Below, one piece after another: positions 25,189 to 34,439 of a DNA stretch of 37,063 nucleotides. A model generated the notes under the pieces. That model had not been told where the DNA came from. It did no database searches and saw nothing but the letters and a program-made list of their open reading frames with translations. The stretch is from a virus (Duplodnaviria; Caudoviricetes), in IMG/VR virus record IMGVR_UViG_3300049140_000079, positions 1-37,063 of that record; one strand, given 5' to 3'. How positions within the stretch are numbered: the first letter of the stretch is position 1; each line of letters starts with the position of its first letter. A program made the translations under genes and the position numbers.

Positions 25189-26031
25189 TTAGCCGATGAG
25201 AGGCTCATCGCGTTCCTGGTGCCGCTTCAGGCCCAGCAACTCACTGACCCTGTACGGCAGGGCGTACGGCTTCACCGAGGCGGCGATCGCGTCGGAGTCG
25301 CCGAGCATCGGCCGACCGCCGCCGTTGTTGCGCTGCGACCCCTGCCACAGGTGCAGGATCAGGTCCAGCGCGGCCAGGCGGTAGTTCGGCCCCAGCGGTG
25401 TCCGGCCGACCCGGTAGGTGACACGCGCGCCGCCGCACCAGAGCGGCAGCAGCAGCACGCCCTCGGAGTGCTTCAGCGTGTAGCCGTCCGTCCCCGCCAG
25501 CGCGTCAGCCGGTGCGATCGCGTCGCCGCCGGGCAGCCGGACCACGCTCGTGATCGAGATGACCGGCCGTTCCGGCAGCACCACCACACCGCGGCGGGCG
25601 GACACGTCCGACACCACCGTCTTCGGGGTGACGTGTCCCATCCGGTCCTCGATGACCTGGCAGCCCGCGCCAATGAACTCGCGCAGCGCCTCGTCATCCT
25701 CGTGACGGTCCAGATCCATCCCTAGATGCGTCTTGGTGTCGGTCAGGCTGACGAACGGCGCACCATCGGCGGGTGCCACCACGAACACGTCGCCGTAGGC
25801 GGCGGCATTCGGCGGGGTGGCGACCCAGCGCACCCGATGGACGCCGGCCTGCACAGTCTCGTACGTGAAGTCGTAGATCCCGGTCGTCGTCGGCGGCACC
25901 GGGTCCTGTACGACGGTCGTCCCGTCTGGCAATGCAATGGTCAGCCGGACGTTCCCGGCGTTCGCGAGCGCGTCGGTCTCATCCGTGATCGTGACACTCA
26001 GGGGGACAGGATCGCCCAGATCGAAGCTCAT
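25189..26031 (-). CDS. Head-tail adaptor with N-terminal Ig-like domain
   Basis: C-terminal FVSLTDTKTHL..DDEAL..RVTYRVG..LAALDLILHLW (gp6/gp15-like); N-terminal ~85-aa beta-sandwich. Confidence 0.8.
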   Translation of the reverse strand: MSFDLGDPVPLSVTITDETDALANAGNVRLTIALPDGTTVVQDPVPPTTTGIYDFTYETVQAGVHRVRWVATPPNAAAYGDVFVVAPADGAPFVSLTDTKTHLGMDLDRHEDDEALREFIGAGCQVIEDRMGHVTPKTVVSDVSARRGVVVLPERPVISITSVVRLPGGDAIAPADALAGTDGYTLKHSEGVLLLPLWCGGARVTYRVGRTPLGPNYRLAALDLILHLWQGSQRNNGGGRPMLGDSDAIAASVKPYALPYRVSELLGLKRHQERDEPLIG

Positions 26032-27386
26032 GGCCGCCCTCCTGTCATCGCCGCCGCACGCCGCCGGCCGCCCGCCATCTCTGGGCCGCGCCGCACGCGC
26101 GACCGCATCCCGCCCACGCTCACCTGAGGCACCGGCTCACCCGGACCAGTCGCGTCCTGGCCCGCCGCTACCGCCCCGGCCACCACCGCGCCGGGAGCTA
26201 TGGCCGCCGCCGGATCGGCGGCCGCCGTGGACGCCGTAGCGACCTGCGCCACCGCGACCACCGAGACCTGTGCGGCAGCGTCCAGCCCGACCGCCGAGCC
26301 CGTGGCCGTCCCAGCCGACGCGACCACGGCCGCGCCCGCGTCGAGCGCCGTGCCAGAGGCCGCGGCCACCTCCGCCAGCGCGGTCGTGCCCGTGGCGGTG
26401 GTCACCGTCGCGTCCTGAGCCGCCGCCGTGCCGGACGCCAGCCCGGCCGACGCCGCCAACACCGCCGACGGGTCCGCCGCGACCGCCGTAACCAGCGCGC
26501 CCGCGGGTGACGGCGCCACCGTCGCGGTCACATCGTGGGCGGTAGCCTGAATCTCGATCGGCGCGTCAGCCACAAGCTCGACGCTGACGGACGTACCCGG
26601 GTCGAACAGCGCCTCAGCGAGAGCCGTGGCCGCCTGGGCGCCCGGGGCGACCGCCGCCGCAGCGTCGTTGCCCGCAGCCGTCGCGGTGGCCGCCGAAGCG
26701 TTGGCTGTCGTGCCGCCACCTGTCGCCGCCGACCGGATCGCGATGGAGACTGCGGCCCACTGGACGCTGGACGCGGCGGTGAACGTGCGGGTGCCGGTCG
26801 CTCCGGACACCACCAGTTGCTCGGTCGCGCCCACGCCCGACAGTCCGCCGACGTGGATCTCGTATTGCTCGACCATGCCGCCCGGCGTGATGTAGCTCGC
26901 CGTGCTGGCGCCGCCGCCGCTGTTGTTGTGGCAGATCAGCAGCGCATCCGACGTGGACGGAGACACCGACGGGGCGGGCTGAGGCGTCGCCGACGTACCG
27001 AAGGTTGCCGCCGCGTCATCGATCGGGTTCACAGCGTCGGCCCCGGCGAGCACGTAGACGACGAGGGCTTTCTCCTCGTCGGCGCTCCCCGTCTCGGTGA
27101 CGGACACCGTCTGCGCACCCGCAGTGGCGACGGTGGCGGTGTAGCTCTTGATGTGCGCACCAGTGTCGCCCGAGTCGGCCGCGCCGTTCGGCACGGGGGT
27201 GAGCGTGGGCGAGCCTGGCGACACGGTCGGCGTCGGCATGTTCGCCGCCGGATAGAAGTCGTTGCCATGGATCACCAGCAGCACATCGCCGACCTGCGCG
27301 GCCGTCGCATCCGACGGCGTCACAACGGTGGTCGTCGGCGAGCTGCCGTTGTTGGTCTGGACCGTGACGCTGCGGATCGTGGTCAC
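26028..27386 (-). CDS. Putative head/neck fibre protein (beta domain + Ala/Thr-rich repeats)
   Basis: GDVLLV..beta-rich N-half; repeating A-x-ATAxAxDA units in the C-half. Confidence 0.65.
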   Translation of the reverse strand: MTTIRSVTVQTNNGSSPTTTVVTPSDATAAQVGDVLLVIHGNDFYPAANMPTPTVSPGSPTLTPVPNGAADSGDTGAHIKSYTATVATAGAQTVSVTETGSADEEKALVVYVLAGADAVNPIDDAAATFGTSATPQPAPSVSPSTSDALLICHNNSGGGASTASYITPGGMVEQYEIHVGGLSGVGATEQLVVSGATGTRTFTAASSVQWAAVSIAIRSAATGGGTTANASAATATAAGNDAAAAVAPGAQAATALAEALFDPGTSVSVELVADAPIEIQATAHDVTATVAPSPAGALVTAVAADPSAVLAASAGLASGTAAAQDATVTTATGTTALAEVAAASGTALDAGAAVVASAGTATGSAVGLDAAAQVSVVAVAQVATASTAAADPAAAIAPGAVVAGAVAAGQDATGPGEPVPQVSVGGMRSRVRRGPEMAGGRRRAAAMTGGRP

Positions 27387-27395
27387 GGAGCCTCC

Positions 27396-28277
27396 CTACG
27401 GCTGCGGGATCGTCGAGCCGCCGCCGTCGCGGTTCCCGAACCAGGTGGCTACGCTGCCCGGCTCGGTCACGCTGACCAGACCGAACTCGCCAGGCGAGAG
27501 CTCGCCGAGGTCGTTGCCGGTCACCACCGCGCCGGACACCCGGTAGCCGATCCGCAGGTGGTACAAGCCGCTCGCGAGGTAGTTGTTGACGATCGTCGGT
27601 GTGATCAGCGGGCCGGAGTTCGTCGCGAATCCACACGTGATCGACGAGTTCGGCGGCGTGCCACCGGCCGAGAACGCCGGGCCGATCCAGCAGTGCTCGA
27701 CCGTGATCGCGCCACCCGCGCCGGAGAAGACCTGCACGGGATCGAGATGCTGCTCAGGATCGACGAACGCGAGATCGTGGATGCAGCACTGCGAGATCAG
27801 AGACCCGCCGCCAGCCACCACGTGGATGCCATCGCCCGTGCCCGACACGTCGCAACGGCGCGCCACCAGGAAGCTGTCACTGGAGATGCCGTTGGTCTGG
27901 ACGTCCCCGAACGTGGCCGCGGGCACCCGCCGCACCGTCACGTCCTCGACGGTCAGCGTGCCGAGGCCCGCGCCGTTGACCGTGATCCCGAACGTCGTCC
28001 CCGGCCCGCACTGGATCACGCCCTGCCGAAACGTCGCGTTGGCGCCGTAGCAGACGACCTCTGCGTTGATCCGGAAGCGCTCCAGCACGAAGTTGCTGGC
28101 GTTCACCCGGAACGTCCCGGTGTCCCACACTGCGCCCGACGGAAGCGGATCCCCCACGTTGTAGACCGTCAGCGCTGCCTCATCACCGAGAAAGCCGACC
28201 GTCCCCGGCGCCGCACGCTGGCCCTCGGCGAGGCTCTGCCGGTTGAAGCGGCGGACGTACTTCAGCGCGACGGGCAT
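27396..28277 (-). CDS. Right-handed beta-helix (pectate-lyase-like) virion protein
   Basis: RRCDVSGTGDGI..SQCCIHDL..HLDPVQ..IVNNYL..VVTGN repeats. Confidence 0.7.
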   Translation of the reverse strand: MPVALKYVRRFNRQSLAEGQRAAPGTVGFLGDEAALTVYNVGDPLPSGAVWDTGTFRVNASNFVLERFRINAEVVCYGANATFRQGVIQCGPGTTFGITVNGAGLGTLTVEDVTVRRVPAATFGDVQTNGISSDSFLVARRCDVSGTGDGIHVVAGGGSLISQCCIHDLAFVDPEQHLDPVQVFSGAGGAITVEHCWIGPAFSAGGTPPNSSITCGFATNSGPLITPTIVNNYLASGLYHLRIGYRVSGAVVTGNDLGELSPGEFGLVSVTEPGSVATWFGNRDGGGSTIPQP

Positions 28278-28757
28278 CTACAGGGTGATGCGCCAGATAC
28301 CGTTGGCGTGCCACACCACCGTGAACTGGCCACCCGTCACAGAGTTAGCGCCGCCCAGATAGTTGTAGCAGACGCCCTGGTCAGCGACCGGCGCCGTCAC
28401 GGTGTCGTCGTAGGTGAGCGTGCCATACACGTTGGCCAGGTCTGCGGCCGTGCCCGAGGTCGGGTCGTTGGCGTCCCAGAAGATGACGTCCGCTGTGCCG
28501 CTGTTGAGCGTCACGCCGGTGAGCGTCACGCCACCCTGCGCCCACTGGCCGGCCTCGAACACCTCGTTACCCGTGGTCACCCACTGGCCGACGTTGTAGG
28601 CGGAGTTGGCCGCTGTGACGTCGTTGTCGGGCGTGATGTCGTTGTCGTAGAGGGCCGTCTTGAACGAGTCGCCGTCCAGATCGACCGCGAAACTGCCCGT
28701 ACGGACAAAGAAGTCAGTCAGCAGCGGTCGGAAGATCTTGCTGTTGGTCCACGCCAT
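28278..28757 (-). CDS. Conserved phage structural protein (fibre subunit-like)
   Basis: DSFKTALY..GGVTL..WDAND..YDDT..GGQFTVVW..GI pattern common in phage head regions. Confidence 0.7.
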   Translation of the reverse strand: MAWTNSKIFRPLLTDFFVRTGSFAVDLDGDSFKTALYDNDITPDNDVTAANSAYNVGQWVTTGNEVFEAGQWAQGGVTLTGVTLNSGTADVIFWDANDPTSGTAADLANVYGTLTYDDTVTAPVADQGVCYNYLGGANSVTGGQFTVVWHANGIWRITL

Positions 28758-28760
28758 CGG

Positions 28761-29078
28761 TCACACCACGCTCTCGCCCGCAGCCACACCAGCCTGCGCT
28801 GAAACCTGATGGCCTGCGCTCGCGCCCGGCTCCAGCCCGGCCTCGACAACTTTTCGTTCAGCCGCCACCGCGCGCCCGTCGGCCTCGGCCGCCTGGCGCT
28901 CCGCCTCGGTCACGGCATCCACCAGCCCGCGCTCCGTCGCCTCGCGCTCGGCATCCCAGGTCGCCCGGAAGCGGTCCAGCTTGGCCTCAGCCCGCCGCAC
29001 CGCGTCCACCGCCAGATCCGCCATGCGCCGCTCCTGCACGGCCGCGGACCGGAGCTTCTTCTCCTGCTTCTCATCCAC
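28761..29078 (-). CDS. Coiled-coil hypothetical protein
   Basis: GGAGGAGG RBS, GTG start. Confidence 0.65.
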   Translation of the reverse strand: MDEKQEKKLRSAAVQERRMADLAVDAVRRAEAKLDRFRATWDAEREATERGLVDAVTEAERQAAEADGRAVAAERKVVEAGLEPGASAGHQVSAQAGVAAGESVV

Positions 29079-29382
29079 CGAGGACCTCCTCCCGTGTGGC
29101 CGTCGCCGTCGGCGCGTACACCGTGCAGTCGCGGCCGTCCTCACGCTCGATGACCACCGACATCACCGGCCGCCCGTTGCCGTCCGTCTGCACGAGCTCC
29201 TTGCCCACGTAGTCCTCCCGCTCGACCGCCCGCACATCACACGCCACGCCCTCCGGCGTCAGCGGTACCATCAGCCCCGCCATGCCCTTGCACGGGTGCA
29301 TCGGCGTCGAACCGTCCCGAGTCACGGCGGCGCTCGTGCACCGGGTGCAGTGCCAGCGCCGCTCGAGCAGAAGGCCGGCCAC
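29071..29382 (-). CDS. Hypothetical protein with CxxC...HxC motif
   Basis: TAGTG coupling; WHCTRC..MHPC. Confidence 0.65.
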   Translation of the reverse strand: MAGLLLERRWHCTRCTSAAVTRDGSTPMHPCKGMAGLMVPLTPEGVACDVRAVEREDYVGKELVQTDGNGRPVMSVVIEREDGRDCTVYAPTATATREEVLGG

Positions 29383-29615
29383 TACTTGTTCGCCGCCCGC
29401 CCGCGCGCCTTGTTCGCCGGCGTGGCCGCGGCCTTCTCCTCCGGCTCCGGCTCCGGCTTGGGCTCGTCCAGGAGGCCGTACCGCTCCGCGTCCGCGCGCG
29501 ACACCTCGCCGCCCGCCGCGCACAGCAAGTGCCGCGCCTCCGGATCGCCCTCGGGCACGGCCCTGCTCTTGTCCTCGGTGAGGTACATCCGCTGCTTGAT
29601 GGTCACCCGGCTCAT
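29382..29615 (-). CDS. Small hypothetical head-region protein
   Basis: GGAGGGG RBS; ends PANKAR as in small post-capsid proteins. Confidence 0.65.
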   Translation of the reverse strand: MSRVTIKQRMYLTEDKSRAVPEGDPEARHLLCAAGGEVSRADAERYGLLDEPKPEPEPEEKAAATPANKARGRAANK

Positions 29616-29935
29616 GCGACTGTCGCCCCTCCGGTCAGCCCGGCCAATTGCCAGGCGCTGCCGTCGTAGGCGAGCAGACAGCCCTCACCCGCCGCGTCCA
29701 GCGTGACCGTCCCGCCGCTCACGGCCAGCGTGTACGAGCCGGTCGACGACAACGTGCGCAGGCACACCGTCACCATGTGACCGGCCTGCGTCGCCGTCAT
29801 CGTCACCGGCTTCGCCGACGCGTTCGTGGACGACAGGATCAGCGTGCCGTCGTCCCGAGCCAGCGTCACGGTGGCGTTGGCCGCCAGCACCCGCACCGCA
29901 CCCGGGCGCGGAGTCACACCCTCGATGATCGCCAT
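29612..29935 (-). CDS. Putative capsid decoration/head fibre protein
   Basis: TLDAAGEGCLLAYDGSAW beta motif; position. Confidence 0.6.
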   Translation of the reverse strand: MAIIEGVTPRPGAVRVLAANATVTLARDDGTLILSSTNASAKPVTMTATQAGHMVTVCLRTLSSTGSYTLAVSGGTVTLDAAGEGCLLAYDGSAWQLAGLTGGATVA

Positions 29936-29945
29936 GCCGACCCCC

Positions 29946-30362
29946 TTACGCGTCCGGCAGCTGAATGAAGAACAGCACGACGTCGAACACGCCGGCGGTG
30001 AGCGCCGCCGTGGCCACAGTCGCCTGGATTTTCCTTGCGGCCGTGGTCTTGACAGTGGTCGCGCCGGTGAAGACCGGCACCACCGACTTGCGGCCCGTCG
30101 TCGACCAGGGCGCGCCGGACACGGCCGCGGCAGCGACGATGTCGCCGGCGCCCTCGACCTTGACCGCCACCGTGGCGGCGCCGCCGCTCGTCACCGCCGT
30201 GTCGACCTCGACGAACCCGCCGAGGATCACCGAGTTGGCCGGGATCTGCGCGTCCAGCGTCAGGTCGATGTCGCCGACCGCGCCGCCGTCCACGGCGAAG
30301 TCGTACCGGCCGCGCACGACCCGCCAGTCCGTCGCCCGCGGGTATCCACCCTTGTAAGGCAT
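29946..30362 (-). CDS. Putative capsid decoration (spike-base) protein
   Basis: Directly after MCP; YDFAVDGGAVG..IPANSVI..LTAG jelly-roll-like pattern. Confidence 0.65.
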   Translation of the reverse strand: MPYKGGYPRATDWRVVRGRYDFAVDGGAVGDIDLTLDAQIPANSVILGGFVEVDTAVTSGGAATVAVKVEGAGDIVAAAAVSGAPWSTTGRKSVVPVFTGATTVKTTAARKIQATVATAALTAGVFDVVLFFIQLPDA

Positions 30363-30380
30363 TTACATCCTCCTCATGCA

Positions 30381-30409
30381 GAAGGGGAGAGCGCCGAGCC
30401 CTCCCCTTC
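30381..30409 (-). terminator. Hairpin downstream of the major capsid gene
   Basis: gaaggggag/ctccccttc. Confidence 0.55.
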
Positions 30410-30438
30410 GAGCTGATGTGCTGGTGCCGGACCGGTCG

Positions 30439-31710
30439 TCAGACCAGCCCCGTCACCTCGGCAAACGCCGTCGGCCGGTAGTGGACGACGGCGACGCGGA
30501 CATCGGCCCTCACGGCGAGCTTGCCGTTGATGAAGTAGTCCGCGTGTGAGTTGGAGATCTGCACGTCGATGCCGCGCCGGATCGCCAGTTCGGAGAAGTT
30601 GGCGTAGTCGCCCATCAGCGCTTTGGTGGGCGGGGCGGCGGTGGTCTCCACGACCGGCAGGCCCCAGACCGTCGCCGGGCCGACCTGGCTGGGGTGGCCC
30701 CAGATGTAGACGCCGTCCGCGGTTCTGAGCAGCCGGATGGACTCCCACTTCAGCGGCGACATGAAGATGACGTTGGGCTCGGCGAAGCCCTCCGTTCTGA
30801 TGCGGTTCATCGCCTTGTACAGGGCGTCCATCGTCGGATCGGCGCCCTTGGGCTGCGAGATGATGCCCGGCACGTTCTCGGTGCCCAGAAGGTTGGGGGC
30901 GGTGCCGTTCCCGCGGAGGATCTGCAGGTCGAGCCTCTGTCGGAGCATGAATGGCAGCCTGTTGTTGACGTAGGACTCGGCGCGCGGCACGTCTTCGAAC
31001 GTCTCGTCGGTCACCGGCAGATAGACGGCGATCTTGCGGACGGGGACGGTCTTCTCTTCCAGCTTGAGCTGGGCCTCGGGGAACTGCTCACCCTCGAAGA
31101 CCTCGGCAGCGGTGTTGTTGAAGATCGTCTCTTCCATGTAGACCACCGCAGCCTGACTGGTGCTGGTCTGCGGGATCATGTTCGCGATGTGCGGAGCCGG
31201 CCTCGTCGGGAACTCCTCGATCCGGCCCGTGCGCGTCGTCTCCGGCGCATATCCGCCCGTGGTCAGCAGCGTCTTCAGGGACACGTCGACCGTGGCCTGC
31301 GGGCCGCTGCCGCTACCACGCACGTAGCCCTTGACCGCCTGGCTAGCCATGAACGACTCGCCGAAGGACCGCTCCCGCCCGTCCTTCGTCTGCGGCCGGC
31401 GGCCGTCATCTCTGACGTCCCGATCGCCGCGCTCTACCTGCTCCGCCTCCTTGGCGGCACCAGCAGCGCGGGCCAGAACCATCAGCTCATCGACCTTGGC
31501 CTTGCGCTCGGTGAGCTCCTCATTGAGCTGGCGGATCGCGTCGACCTTGGCCGCGGTGTCGCCCTTGATGGACTTCACCTTGCTCATGTCGTACTCGGGG
31601 CCAGCCTCGTCGAAGATGTCCTTCAGGCTCTTGCGCTTCGCGTCGAGCGCCTCTTGCGCTTCCTTCAGCGCGGGGAACTCGATGACCCTGTCGGGCGCGT
31701 CGATACTCAT
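30439..31710 (-). CDS. HK97-fold major capsid protein with delta domain
   Basis: N-terminal coiled coil; EGEQFPE, VRKIA, QILRGNG..NLLG, VWGLPVV, RPTAF motifs. Confidence 0.95.
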   Translation of the reverse strand: MSIDAPDRVIEFPALKEAQEALDAKRKSLKDIFDEAGPEYDMSKVKSIKGDTAAKVDAIRQLNEELTERKAKVDELMVLARAAGAAKEAEQVERGDRDVRDDGRRPQTKDGRERSFGESFMASQAVKGYVRGSGSGPQATVDVSLKTLLTTGGYAPETTRTGRIEEFPTRPAPHIANMIPQTSTSQAAVVYMEETIFNNTAAEVFEGEQFPEAQLKLEEKTVPVRKIAVYLPVTDETFEDVPRAESYVNNRLPFMLRQRLDLQILRGNGTAPNLLGTENVPGIISQPKGADPTMDALYKAMNRIRTEGFAEPNVIFMSPLKWESIRLLRTADGVYIWGHPSQVGPATVWGLPVVETTAAPPTKALMGDYANFSELAIRRGIDVQISNSHADYFINGKLAVRADVRVAVVHYRPTAFAEVTGLV

Positions 31711-31717
31711 GATCTCC

Positions 31718-32806
31718 TCACAGGTTCTGCAGTTGGGCGATAGACCTGGCGACCAGTGAGGCGATGTCGGCCTCGGTCGGGTCCTCGGGCCCCGTGGGCG
31801 TGGAGAGCAGGCCCTTCAGGCGTCGCAGCTCGTCATCGACCCAGCCCAGGAGCTCAGCCGACGACGGGGCGAGCCCCGTCCTGCCCTTGCGCGCGCGGAG
31901 AGCTAGGACTTCCGAAGCGCGATCGATGTAGGAGGAGAGCCTGGCTATGACCAAGTGCCCTTCCTCGTGGAACTTCATGGAACCACCGGCATCGGCCTTC
32001 AGCTCCGGAACCTCGACCTCCGCATCCCGCAGGTGCGCGGCGAGGTGGTCATAGACGGCCTGGCGGTCATCGTCCGGGACACCCGCCTTGCCTTCGTTGA
32101 TCAGGGCGATGCCCATCAGGCACGCCCTCGTGTTCGCCGGCCCGCCCACGCCATGGTGGTGAGCCAGCTTGTAGGAGCTCTTCAGCTCCGGGTCCGCGCC
32201 GGCGTCCTGCCAGGCGAACACCGTACGGAGCTCCGACGGGCGCAGATCCTCACCGAGGCCGGCCAGCGTTTTCGCGCCGTCCCACGACCTCGACGTGACC
32301 TCGCACTCGTGCGGCGCGATCGGCCGCCCCGTCTTCACTGCCGCCGGCCCGGACTTCGTGGCCAGGGTCCGCGTGCCGACCCCGGCACCCAGCAGGACCG
32401 GTGACACCTCGTGCGTCTTGAGCTTGCTGAGAAAGCGCACGTCCTGGCCGTCATGCTCGCCGAAGGAGTACTCCAGCGCGTCGTATCCGTACGACCATTG
32501 CCCCAGCGCCCCCAGGGCCTTGACGGTCCGGAAGGTGTCGGCGCCGTGGGTCGTGTCCATGAAGAACTGACCCTCGAAGATCGCTTCCTTTGAGGTCTGC
32601 CGGATGGTGCCCTTACCGACTGGGAGGGCACCATCCCATGACGTGTGCCCGTAAGAACTGATCGGCACCTCAGCGCCGTCTTCGAATGCGCCGGGCAGCG
32701 TCACGTCTCGATGGCTGTCGATCTTGTTGAAGGTAGAAAAGACCGCGCGGACCAGGCCCTTGGATTCGTCCTTGATCTCGACGTGGAGTCCCTTGGTATC
32801 CATCAC
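31718..32806 (-). CDS. HK97-type prohead protease with C-terminal extension
   Basis: DSHRDVTLPGAF, YGH, QWSYGY, EVSPVLLGA. Confidence 0.9.
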   Translation of the reverse strand: MMDTKGLHVEIKDESKGLVRAVFSTFNKIDSHRDVTLPGAFEDGAEVPISSYGHTSWDGALPVGKGTIRQTSKEAIFEGQFFMDTTHGADTFRTVKALGALGQWSYGYDALEYSFGEHDGQDVRFLSKLKTHEVSPVLLGAGVGTRTLATKSGPAAVKTGRPIAPHECEVTSRSWDGAKTLAGLGEDLRPSELRTVFAWQDAGADPELKSSYKLAHHHGVGGPANTRACLMGIALINEGKAGVPDDDRQAVYDHLAAHLRDAEVEVPELKADAGGSMKFHEEGHLVIARLSSYIDRASEVLALRARKGRTGLAPSSAELLGWVDDELRRLKGLLSTPTGPEDPTEADIASLVARSIAQLQNL

Positions 32807-34197
32807 TACTCCTCTGCCGGATCGGGTCCGGACGGGTCATCGGGCGGCGTAGGCCCGCTCGGTGTGGCCGTCTTGCCGGGTGGCTGCAGCTGCACGCTGT
32901 AGAGACCCGTATGGGTCAGGAGGGTCATGTCCTCGGCTTCGATCGCGGCGACCACGCTCTTCGGCTCGTAGCCGGCGTCGACGAGCTGGCGGATCGCCGC
33001 AGCCTTGGCCTGCTGGATCTCCGCCGAGTCCTTGCGGTCGTCGCGGAGGAAGGCAATGTCGCGGTCGTCGAACCACAGCTCGGCGTTGCCTGGCACCTCG
33101 ATCAGCGAGGCCAGCGAGCCGGCCACGTTGCGCCACAGTGGCCGCATCGTCGCGTCCGCGAATCGGCGCCTCGCGCTGCCGTAGTTTCCCGCGTTGAGTG
33201 AGCTGCCTTGGAGTCCCTCGCTGAACCCGACGATGGTCGAAGGCACTCCGGCCGCGGCCGCCAGGCGGCTCTCCCCCGCGCCTTGCGTGTTCTTGAAGTC
33301 GAGCTGGCGCAGGTCCATGGTCAGCGGCGTGATGTCCGCCCCGCCGCCCAAGTACAAGGTCTTGTACGCGTTGTCGGCGCCGGCGTGGTTCTCGTCCATG
33401 AGCGCCTTGAAGCGCTGGAACATCTCTGGCGTCACCGAGGCGTCCAGGCGCACAGCAAGGGAAGGCGTCGCGCCGTGCTCGAAAAAGGAGAGTTTGTGGC
33501 GCGTGGCCGCCAGGTCCGAGCTGATCTCCCGCAGCACGGGCGTCAACCAGGACATGCCTCGCCAGTGCGCGGTCGGGTCCGGGATCGGCGCGAAGTGCGC
33601 CACCTGCGACGGCAGCAGCAATGTGTCCGTCGCCGCACCTGGCGCCCGCGGCGAGTAGTAGTAGCCGAGCAGCTCGGCGTCCAGCGCGGCGCCGTACAGC
33701 GTCGGCTCGGACCTGGACCTGCTGACGATCGTGACCCAGTCCGGCCGGAGCCGGCGCAATCGATCCGTCCCCGGCACGCGGGCGATGAACGCGTTCCCGG
33801 CCAGGTCGACGTCCTGAATCATCCTGCTAAGCAGGTCGCCCGTCGTGCCGTTCGTCCACGGCTTCTCCAGGATCGACAGGGCCTTGTCGCCGAAGAGGTC
33901 GCCGGGCCGTCCGCGAGTGATCCGCCGAAACTGGAACCTGGCCTCTGAGAACACCAGCTGGCGGACCATCATGAGCGCGAAGATCGGCCCATCGCCCTTG
34001 TAGATGCTCTGGACGTAGCCCTCGAAGTCGTTCTCGATCTGCTCTCGCTCGGAGCCCAGCGACGACGAGCCGAGGAACGGGTACCTCAGCCGATCGAGGT
34101 CCCAGAAGTTCGGCTCAGACCACGCCTTCCGCCCGTCCGTCTGGGCACGCTGGCGCCGGCCGCGAGCCTCCGCCGCGACCCTCTGAAGAAGGCTCAT
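32806..34197 (-). CDS. Portal protein (HK97 family)
   Basis: LAGNAF, LRPDWV, GMSWL, FFEHGATP, AAAAGVP motifs. Confidence 0.93.
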   Translation of the reverse strand: MSLLQRVAAEARGRRQRAQTDGRKAWSEPNFWDLDRLRYPFLGSSSLGSEREQIENDFEGYVQSIYKGDGPIFALMMVRQLVFSEARFQFRRITRGRPGDLFGDKALSILEKPWTNGTTGDLLSRMIQDVDLAGNAFIARVPGTDRLRRLRPDWVTIVSRSRSEPTLYGAALDAELLGYYYSPRAPGAATDTLLLPSQVAHFAPIPDPTAHWRGMSWLTPVLREISSDLAATRHKLSFFEHGATPSLAVRLDASVTPEMFQRFKALMDENHAGADNAYKTLYLGGGADITPLTMDLRQLDFKNTQGAGESRLAAAAGVPSTIVGFSEGLQGSSLNAGNYGSARRRFADATMRPLWRNVAGSLASLIEVPGNAELWFDDRDIAFLRDDRKDSAEIQQAKAAAIRQLVDAGYEPKSVVAAIEAEDMTLLTHTGLYSVQLQPPGKTATPSGPTPPDDPSGPDPAEE

Positions 34198-34430
34198 CGG
34201 GTCTCAGAACCGCCTTCACGCCGCCGATGTCCCGCGTCGCGCCAACCGGTCACCGCGGCAGCCCACAGCATTGTGAGGCCCAGGACGACGATCCGGAGAC
34301 CCCAGGCGATCCCATACGGAATCGACAGGATGAGAGTGCCCACGAGGCGCAGCAGGGCAAGCGCGCCCTTGCGAAGGTCGATCCGCCGCGCCTCGCTGGT
34401 GATCCGCTCCAGCGGCATCGTCAACGCCAT
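34194..34430 (-). CDS. Small membrane protein between terminase and portal
   Basis: GGAGGGG RBS; hydrophobic helices; ATGA overlap. Confidence 0.65.
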   Translation of the reverse strand: MALTMPLERITSEARRIDLRKGALALLRLVGTLILSIPYGIAWGLRIVVLGLTMLWAAAVTGWRDAGHRRREGGSETR

Positions 34431-34439
34431 CGCCCCTCC

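Noticed and set aside
26535-28802. 755-aa plus-strand ORF
   Set aside because: Arg-rich shadow spanning three well-formed minus-strand structural genes
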